From Carcharhinus amblyrhynchos (Eukaryota): a DNA stretch of 64,000 bases. The notes beneath the pieces were generated by a model. It saw nothing but the letters and a program-made list of their open reading frames with translations, was not told the origin of the DNA and ran no database searches. Position 1 is the first letter of the stretch, and every line of letters begins with the position of its first letter. The stretch lies in assembly GCA_965287045.1 (NCBI GenBank), contig OZ336883.1:31620001-31684000 (forward strand), read 5' to 3'. Of the stretch, positions 50,864-63,550 are shown one piece after another. The translations under genes and the position numbers were made by a program.

Positions 50864-51813
50864 GTAAGCAAAGGAGGATAATTCATTAAATCTACCTGCT
50901 GATTTTTTTTTTACTTGTTCTATGTTGGTTTTAATTTTTCCATATATGTATTGAAATCTGTAAGCAATTGCATAGATTAAGCTACAATCTGGCTTCTTTG
51001 CCCCATACTTACTCAGTTCTGAAATATTTATGTAAAATCATAAGCCCATTTAATTGCAGCCATTTTAATACATGATATGATTAAACTGATCATTTGAAGT
51101 GATACATCAGCCTAACAAGCAACAAAGTATCTGAACTAACTCTGCTATTAAAGTTACAAATCAGTTCTGATGATTTATTGTTAGGACTATAATTCTAAAT
51201 ACTGTATGTATAATGAAGAAGAGTGACATTTCTTGCTTAGTTCTTAACCAAAGGGAACCATATACTTACTTTCAGTTGTGTGCCGTTTATGCACACCGTA
51301 ATCTGAAGTAATTATTTTTGAGTTTCATTTTATACTCAATGATGACCGCCTGATAATGAATTTGCGTGAGGTTTCCTCTCTAACAGGTTTCATAAATATG
51401 CCACTCTTGTCAATTTTAGTAAATAAAAAAGCTGTCAATGCTTAATTTAGCTGTTTGTCCTTATTTGCCAGAGTTATACTTCCTTGGGCAGTTGTAGATT
51501 TGATTTTCCAATTTCATATTTACAGTGCAGTATTTTTAACTTTATTGTTACAATTTGTATCTTATCCAAGTCAAATTTTTAACAGTAGACAGGTTTGGTT
51601 GTTAACCTGTATGTCAGGAAAAGTACCTACATAAACGTCAGTTGATGACAGTATTTTGTTTCTCAAGACAAATATTTTGAGAACCAGTAGTGTATTGAGA
51701 GAATTTTTAATGTCTAAAATGCTGTACAACAATATTAGACCTTCACTAATTGCTAAACACTACTTCATTACAGTAATTATATTGTTTCCAAAAAAAAACA
51801 TTTTTTTTTGTAG

Positions 51814-52074
51814 CACTGCACCAGGTCAGAGGACACCTGTGACCTCCACCCACAGTATCAGTAGTGCCACCACTCCTGACCGCATGCGTTTCCCCAGAGG
51901 AACTGCCAGTCGTAGCACTTTCCATGGTGGCCAGCTCAGAGAACGACGAAATGCTACATACAATGGACCACCTGCATCTCCAACACTGTCTCACGATGCT
52001 ACTCCTCTATCACAAACACGGAGTAGAGGTTCCACAAATCTCTTTAGTAAATTAACCTCAAAGCTCACAAGAAG
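51814..52074 (+). CDS. MARK3: MARK3 exon (~15): [39 protein letters not shown]...[18 protein letters not shown](R)
   Basis: Acceptor tttttgtag|, donor AAG|gtaagt; 261 nt; contains the aPKC/14-3-3 site RSTFH and the basic [11 protein letters not shown] motif. Confidence 0.96.
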
Positions 52075-52517
52075 GTAAGTGTAATTGTAAGATTTTGAAT
52101 AAAATTATAAGGTCATAACTTGTATTTGGCATTAATAGAGCTTGTAAAAGTATTTAACGGGCAGCCATTCCTGCTTTTTATTATTTTGACTAGTTTAGAT
52201 TGAACTTGGTCATTACTTGAAACTGAGCCTGCTGCTTAAAAGCAGTACAAAAGAATTGTTACTAGTGTCAACCCAACATTGTTTAATCATGTTAGGTTTA
52301 TATTCTGGTTGGTTGGTGTGGCCACTTCTATAGAATCATTAATTGCTTAAATCATCAGCAACAAACAGAGAACTTGCAATATATTAGTGTCTTTCAAATT
52401 TTCAATAGCTGTCTCAAGTTATCAATGAATTATATATCAAGTATGGTCACTTTTTATGTAGATAAATGTAGCAGCCAATCTGCTCACAGGAAATTCCTAC
52501 AAACAACAATTGAAATG

Positions 52518-53140
52518 ACATAAGAACATCGGCCAAATTATCTCCTCGGACCTGCTCAATCAGAAAAATCATAGCTGATTTGATGTGGCCTTAACCCACT
52601 TTATTGCCAGTCCTTCATTTCCCTTGCTTCTCCTGTCAATTAAAAATCAGTCTGACTCTACCTTAAATATATTTAATGATCTATCCTTCAATGTTTACTA
52701 GAGGAGAAAATTTTCAACTCTAACAACCCTCTGAGGGAACAAATTCCTCTTAATCTTTGCCTTAAATGGGAAACTCCTCTTGAGGGGGAACATCCTCTGA
52801 ACGCCTACCCTGTCAAGCACCCTCAAAATCTTAAATGTTTGAATAAGATCATCTCTCGTTCTTCTAAACTCAAAAGAGTATAGGCCCAAACTGTTCAACT
52901 TTTTCCTAGGAATCGGCCTCACAAATTTTCAGCGAACTGTCTCCAGTGTAAGAATGTCTCTGTTTAAGTAAGATGACCAAAATTGCACACAGCACTCTTG
53001 GTGCTGACTCACCAGTGCCCTGTGTAGTTGTAACAAGACATCTCTACTTTTGTACTTGCTATACCTGTATGCTGACCTTTGTGATTCATGCGCAAGGTCC
53101 CTCTCTATGGTGGCATTCTATAGTCTCCATTTAAATATTT
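52518..53140 (-). mobile_element. CR1 LINE 3' fragment
   Basis: LNSLGLYSFEFRRTRDDLIQTFKILR..FPQRVV in ORF 52698..52922. Confidence 0.85.
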
Positions 53141-54460
53141 ATGTGCGACTTCATAACAACAGCAATGCGGTCGACTCTTAACTGGCCTCTGAAATGACCA
53201 CACAAACCATTCAGTTCAAGGGCAATTAGGATGAGCAACAAATCTGACCTTGTCAACAATGCCCATATCCCATGAAATAAAGAAAAAAAGGTCTAAACCA
53301 GAACATTAATCCACAACCCTCTAAGTCAGGTATAGGAATGGTTTGTGCCAAGTTGTTCCTGTGATGCAGGAAGTTTTGTAGTTAGCATTATTAGAGGTAA
53401 AAATAGACTTGCATGTTATATGCAGCCAATGAAGTACTTTTGGAGTGTAGTTGTTATTTTAATGCAATTATTGTATTAAATTGCTGCAAACTTTAAAAAG
53501 TATAATAACTTGAATGGGTGATTGGATAAAATGTTTTTCAAGCTCTACACAGTGTTGTTTATAGACATTTTGGTTTGCAAAACACATTGCCTATATTTGC
53601 CCAAATGTAAATTCAAAGTCTGCTTCTGAATTCCAACTAATATTAATATTTTTCTACTTCCTACATTGCACATCTGTATTGCTAATAATTAATTGAATCT
53701 GTCTTCTGCCATTATGTAAGATTTTCTTGATGGGAAGCTAGTTTTTGTGTATGGCAGGCATGATTTTACAGTACAATGTTTGAAAAGGAAGAGAGTTTCC
53801 CATGAATCTTATTGAAACAGTCATAACCAATTAATTAAATTCAAAAGTACATATTCTGTCTGGAGATATAGTCTATAAATAGAACAAATCAATCAAAGTG
53901 ATTTGGTGAAAAATGCAAGATATTATTGTAGGCTATTTTGGATTTTTTTCCAGATCTGAATGAGTTACTTTATATTAGATTTTGGCCTTTTTTGCAGTGA
54001 TGTTCATAAAAATAGTAATTTCAGAAAGCTGTATGTGATTAATGCACATGATCTTGCAGAGCCTCCTGGCAGATGTATTGCAAGTAATGACAATGGGTCT
54101 GCTCTATATATTCTGGTGTTTAATTAATGTGGCAATAAAATGGACATTTTTGAGACACTGCATCTTTCACCAATCACAGTTGGCCAGTCATATAATGTGT
54201 CACAAACTCAATCGGAGTTACTTATGGAAAATGGCTGAAGGGATGCATTTTAATTAATGGGATTGAGCTGGTCCTGACTGGTCTGTTGGTGCAGTCATAC
54301 ATTTCTACATGACTGGAATTTGAATTTCAGTTGTTGCTAGGCCTTGTGCAATGTCACGTTGCTATATCCTCTCATCATGCCATCTTTTTATCACTGCTGT
54401 TTGACTTGGGCATCAAACATGCATTTTTTTGTATAACATATGTTTGGGCTTTGTTTACAT

Positions 54461-54490
54461 TTTTTGCATCTCGTTTTTTTTTAAATTTAG
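54461..54490 (+). promoter_or_regulatory. Microexon intronic splicing enhancer (UGC motif within the polypyrimidine tract, SRRM3/4-type)
   Basis: tttttGCatctcgtttttttttaaatttag lies directly upstream of the 27-nt exon. Confidence 0.45.
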
Positions 54491-54517
54491 AAACATGTCT
54501 TTCAGATTTCCCAAAAG
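54491..54517 (+). CDS. MARK3: MARK3 27-nt microexon: (R)NMSFRFPK(R)
   Basis: Acceptor tttttttttaaatttag|, donor AAAAG|gtagga; phase 2-2; matches human MARK3 RNMSFRFIKR as recalled. Confidence 0.92.
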
Positions 54518-56858
54518 GTAGGATTTAAATTATAATTGGCTTGATCTGCAATGTCACCTGAAACCTGGTTTCACAACCTTGATAACTCAGTGACTTCCTG
54601 CTTATATGAAAAAGTTACCCATGGATTACTTAGAAGATTATATACTATTAAATCATTAATAATGATGGAGAATGCTCTAATCTGATTGCTCCATATATAC
54701 CTACAGCCGAGCATGTTAACCACCTACTGATAATATCAAATTCATGAGAACTAACTGAAAATTTGATATAATAATTTTGCTTTTTTACTAATGCACCAAG
54801 CATGAGTGGGGTCTAAAAGTTTTCAGCTGAAAAAATGTATGCTGTAAAACAACTAGAGACTTTGGAAATAGATTTGTTTTGTAAACTGTGTTTGGCTGGG
54901 GAAGCAGTTTCTGTGATTGCAGGACCAAAGTCTCTTGCAGGAATGATGATTTAAGATTCGAGTGGAGCAGCAAAATTTGGATTTCTGTGGCAAATGTTAT
55001 AATTATGTCTTTTGAATATCCTTTTCAAAAGAGGGATGATTTGTCATAGCTTATGGAAAAGATTTGCATGTTAGATTAAGGAACTTTTTCCTTCTATGAA
55101 GGCACTTCTTTGGATTGGACTCCATGTAACCCATGAGTTTATCTTATTGTAATGAGAGATGATGTAGTCTTCATGTGCCTCCATGAAACCTATTATAGTG
55201 TCCGATCTATCTTTTTTCTCCTCAAAGATTGGAATTTTGAAGTGTTTTAATAAATTAAATGCTACTTTAAAAACCTGCATTATCCCAGCTCAAGATTGAC
55301 ATCATGCCATATTAGAACATATATATGCTTTACAAATTGTCATTACTATAGAAATTTCAAACTTTCTGCATTTTATTTGAAGAATATTTATTAAAGGGTT
55401 ATTAATACATATCCTTTTGCTCAAGAACTAGCTTTGGTATTGTGCCTTTCCCCAGGGTATCATTGTCCTGATTGTGTCAGAAATATGATATGCTTTTGCT
55501 AGGCTACATTTAATGGATTAATTTAAGCAGGAAGGGATAATTTCTGCATTGCAGTAGACTTACTGTCTTTAGAACGTGGAGCATCAAGCAATTGAATTGA
55601 TACTTTGCAAATGATTTTTAACTAGGGATACTTTAGTGTTCACTAGTTTAAATATTATGGAGCAAATTAGTCTGCTATTGTTCAGAAGTATTATATACTT
55701 TTTTATCTAAAAGCTTAATACATGACTAAAGAACTGTTATGAAGTAGGTCATGCTTCACAATTATACAAGAATTATTTGAGGAGTTAATTGAATTGGTAC
55801 GCAAGGTAAGTTCAGTTGATATAAATTGCTTAGACTTCAAGATACTTGATCAGATTCTAAATGTGAAATTTATAAGGCGGATAAGGCTCATTTAATGAAA
55901 AGTAAGTCAGCTAGTCGGAATGCAAACTGGATTAACAGTAGAGAGTACAAAGTAGTAAAGATTCACAAATGCTTTAAATTAGATCCTGGAGTTTGATTTT
56001 TAGTCATCCGTGGGTATGCGATGGAAATAATTCTCTCAGGGGACATTCATTCTTGCACCTCTGGAACATGCTGCTATTTTCAAAGCAAGAGTGGGGGAGG
56101 AAGGAGCCGACAACCTGTTCACCTCCTATTAATAGCCTGTCAAGCTCCTTGAAGAGCTTGAAAGACTGGGTGGGCAAGAAGGCAGTTTTCAAATTGCTGA
56201 TGGGAAAAGGCAAAAGGCCACATTAGTATACAGCTGTCAGGATCAATACTGGGAGCACTAAGTAATGTTTCCAGTAAAGTAATGTTGTTGAGTGAAAAAA
56301 GAAGAGGTTGTGTGCACAAAAGTACCTCTAGGACCTCTTTGTTGACTGTTGGCCACTTGCCTGTGATACGAGGCTGCTGTCCTGCCTGCTATATTCTGCA
56401 AGGCAATGGAAAACTCAGTAATGGCTACCGTCTGCCTTTGAAAATTGCTCACCGGAACCAGTTCCTACTTCTGGTAGCACTTGGCACCATTGATTGGACA
56501 CCAAGCTTGCCTCCAGCCCAATTAGTAACACTGAATTATAAAATAATGTTGCATTAGCGACACAGTTGTGGTGTGGGGTCACACTTCTGGATTGAAAATG
56601 AAGCTCCAGGTGTACTGATGGAAGTCTGCTGTGGTCTTTTCTCTTTCCACTGTTACCTGTGATGATTCAGAAATTCACTGTGATCAGCTGATGTGATGAG
56701 CTAGAGAGTCAAATTTATTGTGCATAATCATGAAGTTGTGGCGAGTGCAAGAGAAATGTGAAGAGTGGAAACTTGATCAGCTGCTTGCATTGCAAAAGTG
56801 GAAGGAAAAAGATTGGGTTTAGGTCTGATTGAATGTATCCAATCACTATGAAACTATT

Positions 56859-57426
56859 GGGCTGTAACTTCCGAGCTCCCTGCTGTCATATTGGGGGGCA
56901 CCCCAAAAACGTGTTGGGGAATCCCTTTCGGAGGTTCCCAGGTAGGATTTGCATGACGGGCCAAAAATGCAAACGTCACTTTTGCTATTGCCCTATGTTG
57001 GGAGCCACCTGAAAGTGAGATTTAAATCATAATCTTTGGGTGGTTCTGAAATTTGGATGATTACACCAGTAGTTAACCAGAAAAAAATTAGGAAACTTCA
57101 AACCACCCCATTTGTGCAGATCCAGACTGACCGACCCCGCCTCCTCACCCCCTACTTTAGAAGCCTAACCTGTCAAGGACCCTACATTACAGTGGACCTT
57201 AAACTTGGTTTACTGCAGTTAGTGCCATAAAAAGGGAGGCATAGCCTCCCTCACTTTACTTAGCTGAGCTCCTATGCCAGGGCTGAGGGATGTGCTACAC
57301 TGCCTGGATTTTATTCAGTCTTGAGTCAGAAGATGGGTAAGTTAGGATCCAAACAAAAAATAAGGTAAGAAATTGAGCACAAAATGGCAACCTGACGCTG
57401 ATTGCCACTCCAAGGAAGTTCAGGCC
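56859..57426. mobile_element. MITE-like element
   Basis: Imperfect TIRs gggctgtaacttcc..ggaagttcaggcc. Confidence 0.45.
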
Positions 57427-58107
57427 TATTATCACAAAGGTAAGCAGAGTTACGGGAAACACCTTCAGAGCATTTAACATCACCAAAACAAGTTACTCTA
57501 ATTTTGCATAGACCGTTGTTGAGAATACTTTAGAAATATTTGTAAAATTCTGGCACCAGAATGAAAAATGAGATGAATATATTAAAAAGAGGTGAGGAAA
57601 GCGTGACAAGGATGATTCTGAAAATTAGAACTTTTGAAATGATATTCAAAAATAGAGATGTAAGTATAGATAACAGAGGTGTAGAGTGATTCATTGATTA
57701 ACCATTTGTTCAAGAAAAGAAGTGTGATTAAATGTTTGGTTAGGAGTGGATTGAAGTTCCAATAGAAGAAATGTGTCTGAAAATGACTATATATTAACAC
57801 ATTAGTTCCCAGGCAGCAGGACTGTGGAAACTTCATTCCAAGGATGAATTGTCTAGCATATGAAGTGACAGGAAAAAAAAGAAAAAAACATTTCCTAGGA
57901 GATTACATGGCAAATCGATTGGATTGTGTTGGGGGGAAAGGAAAAGCATCAATGGCTCTTTCTCATTCCACGTATTCTTCTATTTCATCAACTGTTTTTT
58001 GTTAAATTTGGCTGAGAACTATTGCCTTTCAGAATCGTTACATCTTGTTATGTGCTGTTGGCCCAGTTATTTATATTCCTGAGGCCAGTAGTTGACCAAA
58101 TAGCAAG

Positions 58108-58330
58108 GATAAAAAGGTAAAGTAGCCATAGTCCCAAATGACCATAGGCTGCTCTTCCCTTTGAAAGGGGGAGCTGACTGTTGATTTAATTTGAGGATCA
58201 CCACTTCTCAGGCAAGGGGCAAGGTTGAAAAGGCGGGCCTTCATGAGTAACCTCAGCGGGTATGGGAATTGAACCCACACTGTTGACATTGCACTGCATC
58301 ACTAAGCATCTGTCCACCAACTGAGCAAAC
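58108..58330 (-). mobile_element. tRNA-derived SINE (separate family)
   Basis: Antisense head gctcagttgg..gggttcaattccc (box A/B); tail gggactatggctactttacc. Confidence 0.65.
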
Positions 58331-58454
58331 AAGTAGCGTAGACTTAGTAATGTGCTTGTCTCCGTGGAGGCAACAAGATAGTTTTGCTACTGAAATTTTA
58401 TACAGCCTTTCCTAGCCACTGAGGGAGTTACAGCACCAATGAAATAAGAAAATA

Positions 58455-59310
58455 AATACTTGCATTTCTATTGTGTTTTTCACAGCTACCAAACATCCCA
58501 AAATACTTTACAGCCAATTGAGTACTTTTTGAAGTATAGTCACTATTGTAGATGAGAAATATGACAGCTAATATGGATATAGCAAGCTCCCACAAACAGC
58601 AATGTGATAAATGACCACATGATCTGCCCTTTTGTGATATTGATTGAAGAATAATTATCAACCAGGACACCAGGGGTAGCTCGTCTGCTGTTCTTCAGAG
58701 TAGTGCCATGGGATCTTTTACATCCATCCAATAGATAGGTGGGGCCTTGCTTTAGTATCTCATCCAAAAGACTGTACTTCCAGCAACGCACCACTCGCTT
58801 AATTTTTGTGCTCAAGCCCTGAAGTAGAAATTGAACCTGGAACCTTGTGATTCAGTGGGAGAGTGATACCAACTTCGCCATGGTTGACACCGAAAAGCAG
58901 AGAGCTTTATTAATGCCTTTCACATGTTCAGGGCATTCCAAAGTGCTTTGTAGAAGTGTAGTTATTGTTGTAATTGTAGGCTGATGCAGTAGCCAATTTG
59001 TGCATTGCAAGGTCTCGGAGACAAATGATCAGTTCGGCTGTGTAGGCGGTAGTATTTAAGGAATTTATGTTGCCAGGAATACTGCCACCCCACCCCCCCA
59101 TAACCCTTCCCCCACCTGTTGTTCTATATATAGCATCATGATTCTTTATCTCTACTTACTAAGTACAAAGAGCTTCAGTTTAACATATCTGAAAGGCAGC
59201 ACTTACTTCATTGCAGCATCTTATTGCTGTGCTGAACTGTCACCTGAAATTATGTGCTCCAATTCCTGGAGTAAGGCTGGAACTCTCAATTTGACCCAGA
59301 GCCAAAACTA
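58455..59310 (-). mobile_element. Two tandem DeuSINE copies (~58455-58890 and ~58900-59310)
   Basis: tagtgccatgggatctttacatcc (antisense Deu-like core); ttgaacct box B; second copy more decayed. Confidence 0.7.
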
Positions 59311-61149
59311 ATTGTTGCAAATAATAACTTAAAAGTAATTCTACGAATCCAGACATTTGCATGCAAGTCAAACTAGCAACTACTAGGAAAAAATCCCTGC
59401 AGTACTACCAGAAGAGTTTCTTCAGCAGTAGAGTTGGAACCTGACACTTGTAAGCCATTGCAGGAAGCAGGCTTCTAATGCAGATTGGCCATTAAATTCA
59501 GTTGAGAATTAAATATAATTTCTGGTCGTATTTTGCTTCTCGTAGTGATATGTGCAATTAAATCATTTAAAATGTTAGAATTCTGCTAGCAATTTGAAAC
59601 AATTTTTGTGTAAAAGCTTGTCTATTTTAGCCCTGTCCTTTTTTTCATTTGTTTTTGTTGAGTACACAGTCATAAAAAATCCTTGAATTTATATTATTTT
59701 TCATCCATTCTTTCCCCAATCACCTGTTAACACTATAAAATATCCAGATTTGAGAGGGATTTACAGACCAGTCAGAATTACATTTCTGAACACTTTTGAT
59801 TTTAATGGAAGAAATATCCAGAATGATATGTTGCTCAAATATTTGATGATATTTGTAAACTATTCAATCACCGCAAACTATTTCATTATCACTGACCAAA
59901 GGAATTATTGGAAGTTTCTTAGTTATCTGCTGCAGTAAGCTCACTAGTGTTTTCACAATTAAACATTGAAAGTTAGCTTTTCTTTTTCATTAAAGTTACC
60001 TATATATATATTATAGGTGATAATTAAACTCCTGTTCATGAGCATAAAAACTTCCTTATATTCCTATCTACTGCACGAAGTTCATTTAGAACATCACAGG
60101 TAACTTTCAAATTTTCAATAAATTTGTTACTTGTACTTCCTAAGCCAAATTAAGTGAGGATTTGTTGCATCTTTTGTTTTTAAAATTAGTTTTCCAGGTT
60201 ATTGATTTGAATTTTTAGAGCATATAGTTTTTTTTTAATTACAACACAGAGCAAAACAATACATGTAAGAAGGATTGCATTATTTCGCTATTGTTTCACA
60301 TCAAGCATTTAGGCTAAACTAACAGTTGAAAATCTCTCCCTCCACTAATGTAACAATCCCAAGTGAAATAAGGTTAGCAATTGCTCAATGCTATTCCCTA
60401 TTCCTGACTCAAAATGGCTGATGTCTGAAGTAGAAAAATTGAAAGTGATACAGGTAATACTTTAAAAATGTGATCAAGATACATTGTTAAACTATTTTGA
60501 AGGGAGAGCTCAACCCTGTATTGATCAGGTCATGCTTGACAAATGCTTAAATACAGAGTGCACAAATATCTTATGTTTTTGCTAGGATTTTCATTTGAAA
60601 ACAAAATTCTTCTTTCACTTCTTCCCTCACCCCTCCAAAGTATCAGAGATCCATTGAATTGCTGCAGTCTGTAGTTTGCAAAATTTTGCCAGCTCCACCC
60701 TTTTCTGCTTCAAAAAAGGTGATTCATAGTTTCCTAGATTTTCTTCATTCTCACTGCAGGATCTTGAAAGAACATATCACATAGAATATATACTAAAATA
60801 ATGTGTCAGCAATTTTTAATATTAGTAAAATATAACAGAAGTGTCTCTCCAGTTTTTAATGACCTGGAACCACCATCAACCTTCAAATCTGGATAATGTC
60901 CGCTTTCAAAAATGTTGCTTCTGACATTTAAATTTAAGTGACAAATAACATTTCATTAATTGTTCTTACATCGACAGAATTCATTACGCCAGGAGCCACC
61001 TGCCCAAAGAAAAATTAATTTTAAATGTTATTAGTTTGTTTAAAAAAGTACTTGAATGATTGCTGGTGATAAAATTCATTAATTCAGTTTATTAAAAACA
61101 TGCAATGCATCATTTGACCATGCCATTTTTTGTGAGGAATGATCCAGAG

Positions 61150-61490
61150 AATGGGTTTTAATTCACCATGGCAGTTTGAGAATCTTAATTTGGTTTTTAA
61201 AAATGGGAAAAGGTCTGGTATTGGGGAAAGTGACCAAGCTGTCACATTGTTTTAAAATCCAACTGGTTCACTAATGTCTTTTAGGAAGCACACCAGCTAT
61301 CCTTACCCGTTCTGTTCGATATTTAAATCCAGTTCCATACTAACATGGTTGCCTACTGAAGTGGCCTACGAAACCACTTAATTATGCCAAACTGCTCAAA
61401 AAAAAACAACCACTATCATCACCAGGCAACTAAAAATGGGCAATAAATGCTGATCTTGTCAGCGGTTCCCACATCCCAAGAATTTGTTTT
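61150..61490 (+). mobile_element. Dispersed repeat ending in a 'gggcaataaatgctg..cccacatccca' tail; tail also seen near 37920, 41600, 46770 and 53220
   Basis: The motif agggcaattagg(g)atgggcaataaatgctgg..cccacatcccatgaa recurs in the window; family uncertain. Confidence 0.55.
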
Positions 61491-62171
61491 TTCTGGATTG
61501 ATCAAACGCAAAGGAACACAAGGAGAAAGAATTAACTTGTATTAAATAACACTTTTCATGTCCTCAAAATGGTCCAAAGTGTTTCATGGCCTATTATCAT
61601 CATAAATGTAGTAATTATTATGTAGGCACATTCAGGAGCCATATTGCACACAGCAGTGCCCCACAAACAACAGAGGCAATGACCTGTTAATCTGTGTTTT
61701 GGACATAATTGTTGCCTTCCCACCATTTCAAATGAGAGTGAGGCGGAGAGGTGGTAGAAGTTCTGAAATAAGAGTAAAAAAAACAATCATAGAGATGGGT
61801 GGAACTTGCAAAGTTCTGAGGTTTTCTACAAAGTTGAAAATAAAGACTGTATCTTTATTCAGCAGTTGACAGACATTGCATACATGTGTAATGTATTTCA
61901 GCTACCATCAGTATTTGTCCTGAGATTCACTGCAAGTCAGTTATATGGTTAATGCGAGTAGTTTGACACTACTGAGGAGGAGTGTAGGTAGTTAAGTAGC
62001 TATGTGCATCTTTGGTCAGTGATGAGGAAGTTCAGTTAATTTAGTTTTGTTCTAATTTTGCTTCAATCATAGGTAACAAAGTGGGACCATTAGCACACAA
62101 CGTGCTATCATATGTCAGACTGATTGATCTATATGTACAGTTTAATTCTCCAACATTTTTCCTCTTCTCAG

Positions 62172-62251
62172 GGTCACTATTGACCCATCAAAACGGCAGA
62201 CTTCGAACAAATCAGTGCCCGCAAATACTCCTCAAGGATCAAAGACTGTTA
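62172..62251 (+). CDS. MARK3: 80-nt frame-shifting alternative exon: (R)VTIDPSKRQTSNKSVPANTPQGSKTV, homologous to the MARK4S exon
   Basis: Strong acceptor tttttcctcttctcag|G and donor A|gtaagt; open in the phase-2 frame left by upstream exons; resembles human MARK4S VTLDPSKRQNSNRCVSGASLPQGSKI as recalled. Confidence 0.85.
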
Positions 62252-63550
62252 GTAAGTCTTCAGCCTCTAAATCTTTCCTCCTCTTGACATTTATTTCTGA
62301 AATTCTTCCACATTTACAAAACCCTGTTATATGTTTAGAATTCCTATTCTCTTCCAGATCTCAGATCCAAAGGGCTATTCCACTGTCTATACAGATAAAT
62401 GTAATTGTAAGTTACAGTTTTTCAGACACTGTGATTCATACAAAATTATTTTGGAAAGTACTAAGAAATGTTTTAGGTTATGATAACAGTTAGATTTAAA
62501 CATAATCAAGAAATTCCTATCTGAAAACCTCTGCTTTTTTAAAGAACTGGCATTCTTTAGTCACACTTTAGGATGTGTTGAATGTTTCTCTGTTGAGAAA
62601 CCATAGTTAGTTTTAACATGTTGCGTCTTTGCATATTTTAAAGATTATTTGGTTAGTCCTGAATGCAGACTGAAGGGATAAGTATGTGTTAGGCTCTAAT
62701 TGTAATAAATTCAATGCAGTTGAGTAATAAAATATTTATTACATGGTTATTAAGGAAATGTTTCTGGATGCGTTGAACCTTAAATGTTAATTTGACTCTA
62801 CTTTTGGCCTATATGCACTCTAATGTGCACACAGTAGGAGTTAAGTGTGGCTTTTGTTTAATAGTTTGCAGTGGAATCAAAAAATATAAGCTTTTCATTA
62901 TACTGTAATACGTCAATTGACTTGTAGATTGTCAGTAAAGGATTAAGCAGCAATATTGTGCATGTGTGAATCTAGGTACAGGGACTTCAGTCTGCTATAT
63001 CAGACTTTCTATTGTGATTCAGATTACCTAACTTCCCTGTGTTGTATTAATGGCTATGTCATTGTGTTTATCAGTGAACTTGTCAATGATTATGAAGTGC
63101 TCAAAAATATTGTCATCGAAAGGATTGTTACAGATATTACACTGAATATGTAGGATGCCAAAAATTGATTGTAGTAACAATGTTTTCTTTGTCTCTTACT
63201 TTGTTTATGGAGCCAAATCTAATGTTAAGCTGCACTGTAGATTTATTGAGCCTGTAGGATTATCAACAGTGAAGGCATTTTTATCTATGAGCCTGTGCAT
63301 TCACTACAATGTGTTCCTTGTTAAAAATGCTAATATGCATATTAAACTACAGAAACTTAAAATTTAGTTCAACTTCCCACTAAACACTAGTGACAAATGG
63401 CATTCACTTAAGATTAATCTTTAGCTTGTTGAAAATGTATTTGAATGCACAATGGAAATGTAGACATCGAAGGATCTGATCTGAAAGTCAAATTTCACTT
63501 CAGAAAATTGACACTAGTTTTAATCCATATTCCTTTAAAACCAAATTATA

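Noticed and set aside
50679-50867. Stand-alone 62-aa small ORF or terminal exon
   Set aside because: The TAA stop lies within the gtaagc donor and the ORF is in frame with flanking exons, so an internal cassette exon is the simpler explanation.
48604-52074. Assignment to MARK1, MARK2 or MARK4
   Set aside because: Spacer peptides ([24 protein letters not shown], [36 protein letters not shown]) match MARK3, despite the MARK1-like and MARK4S-like extra exons.
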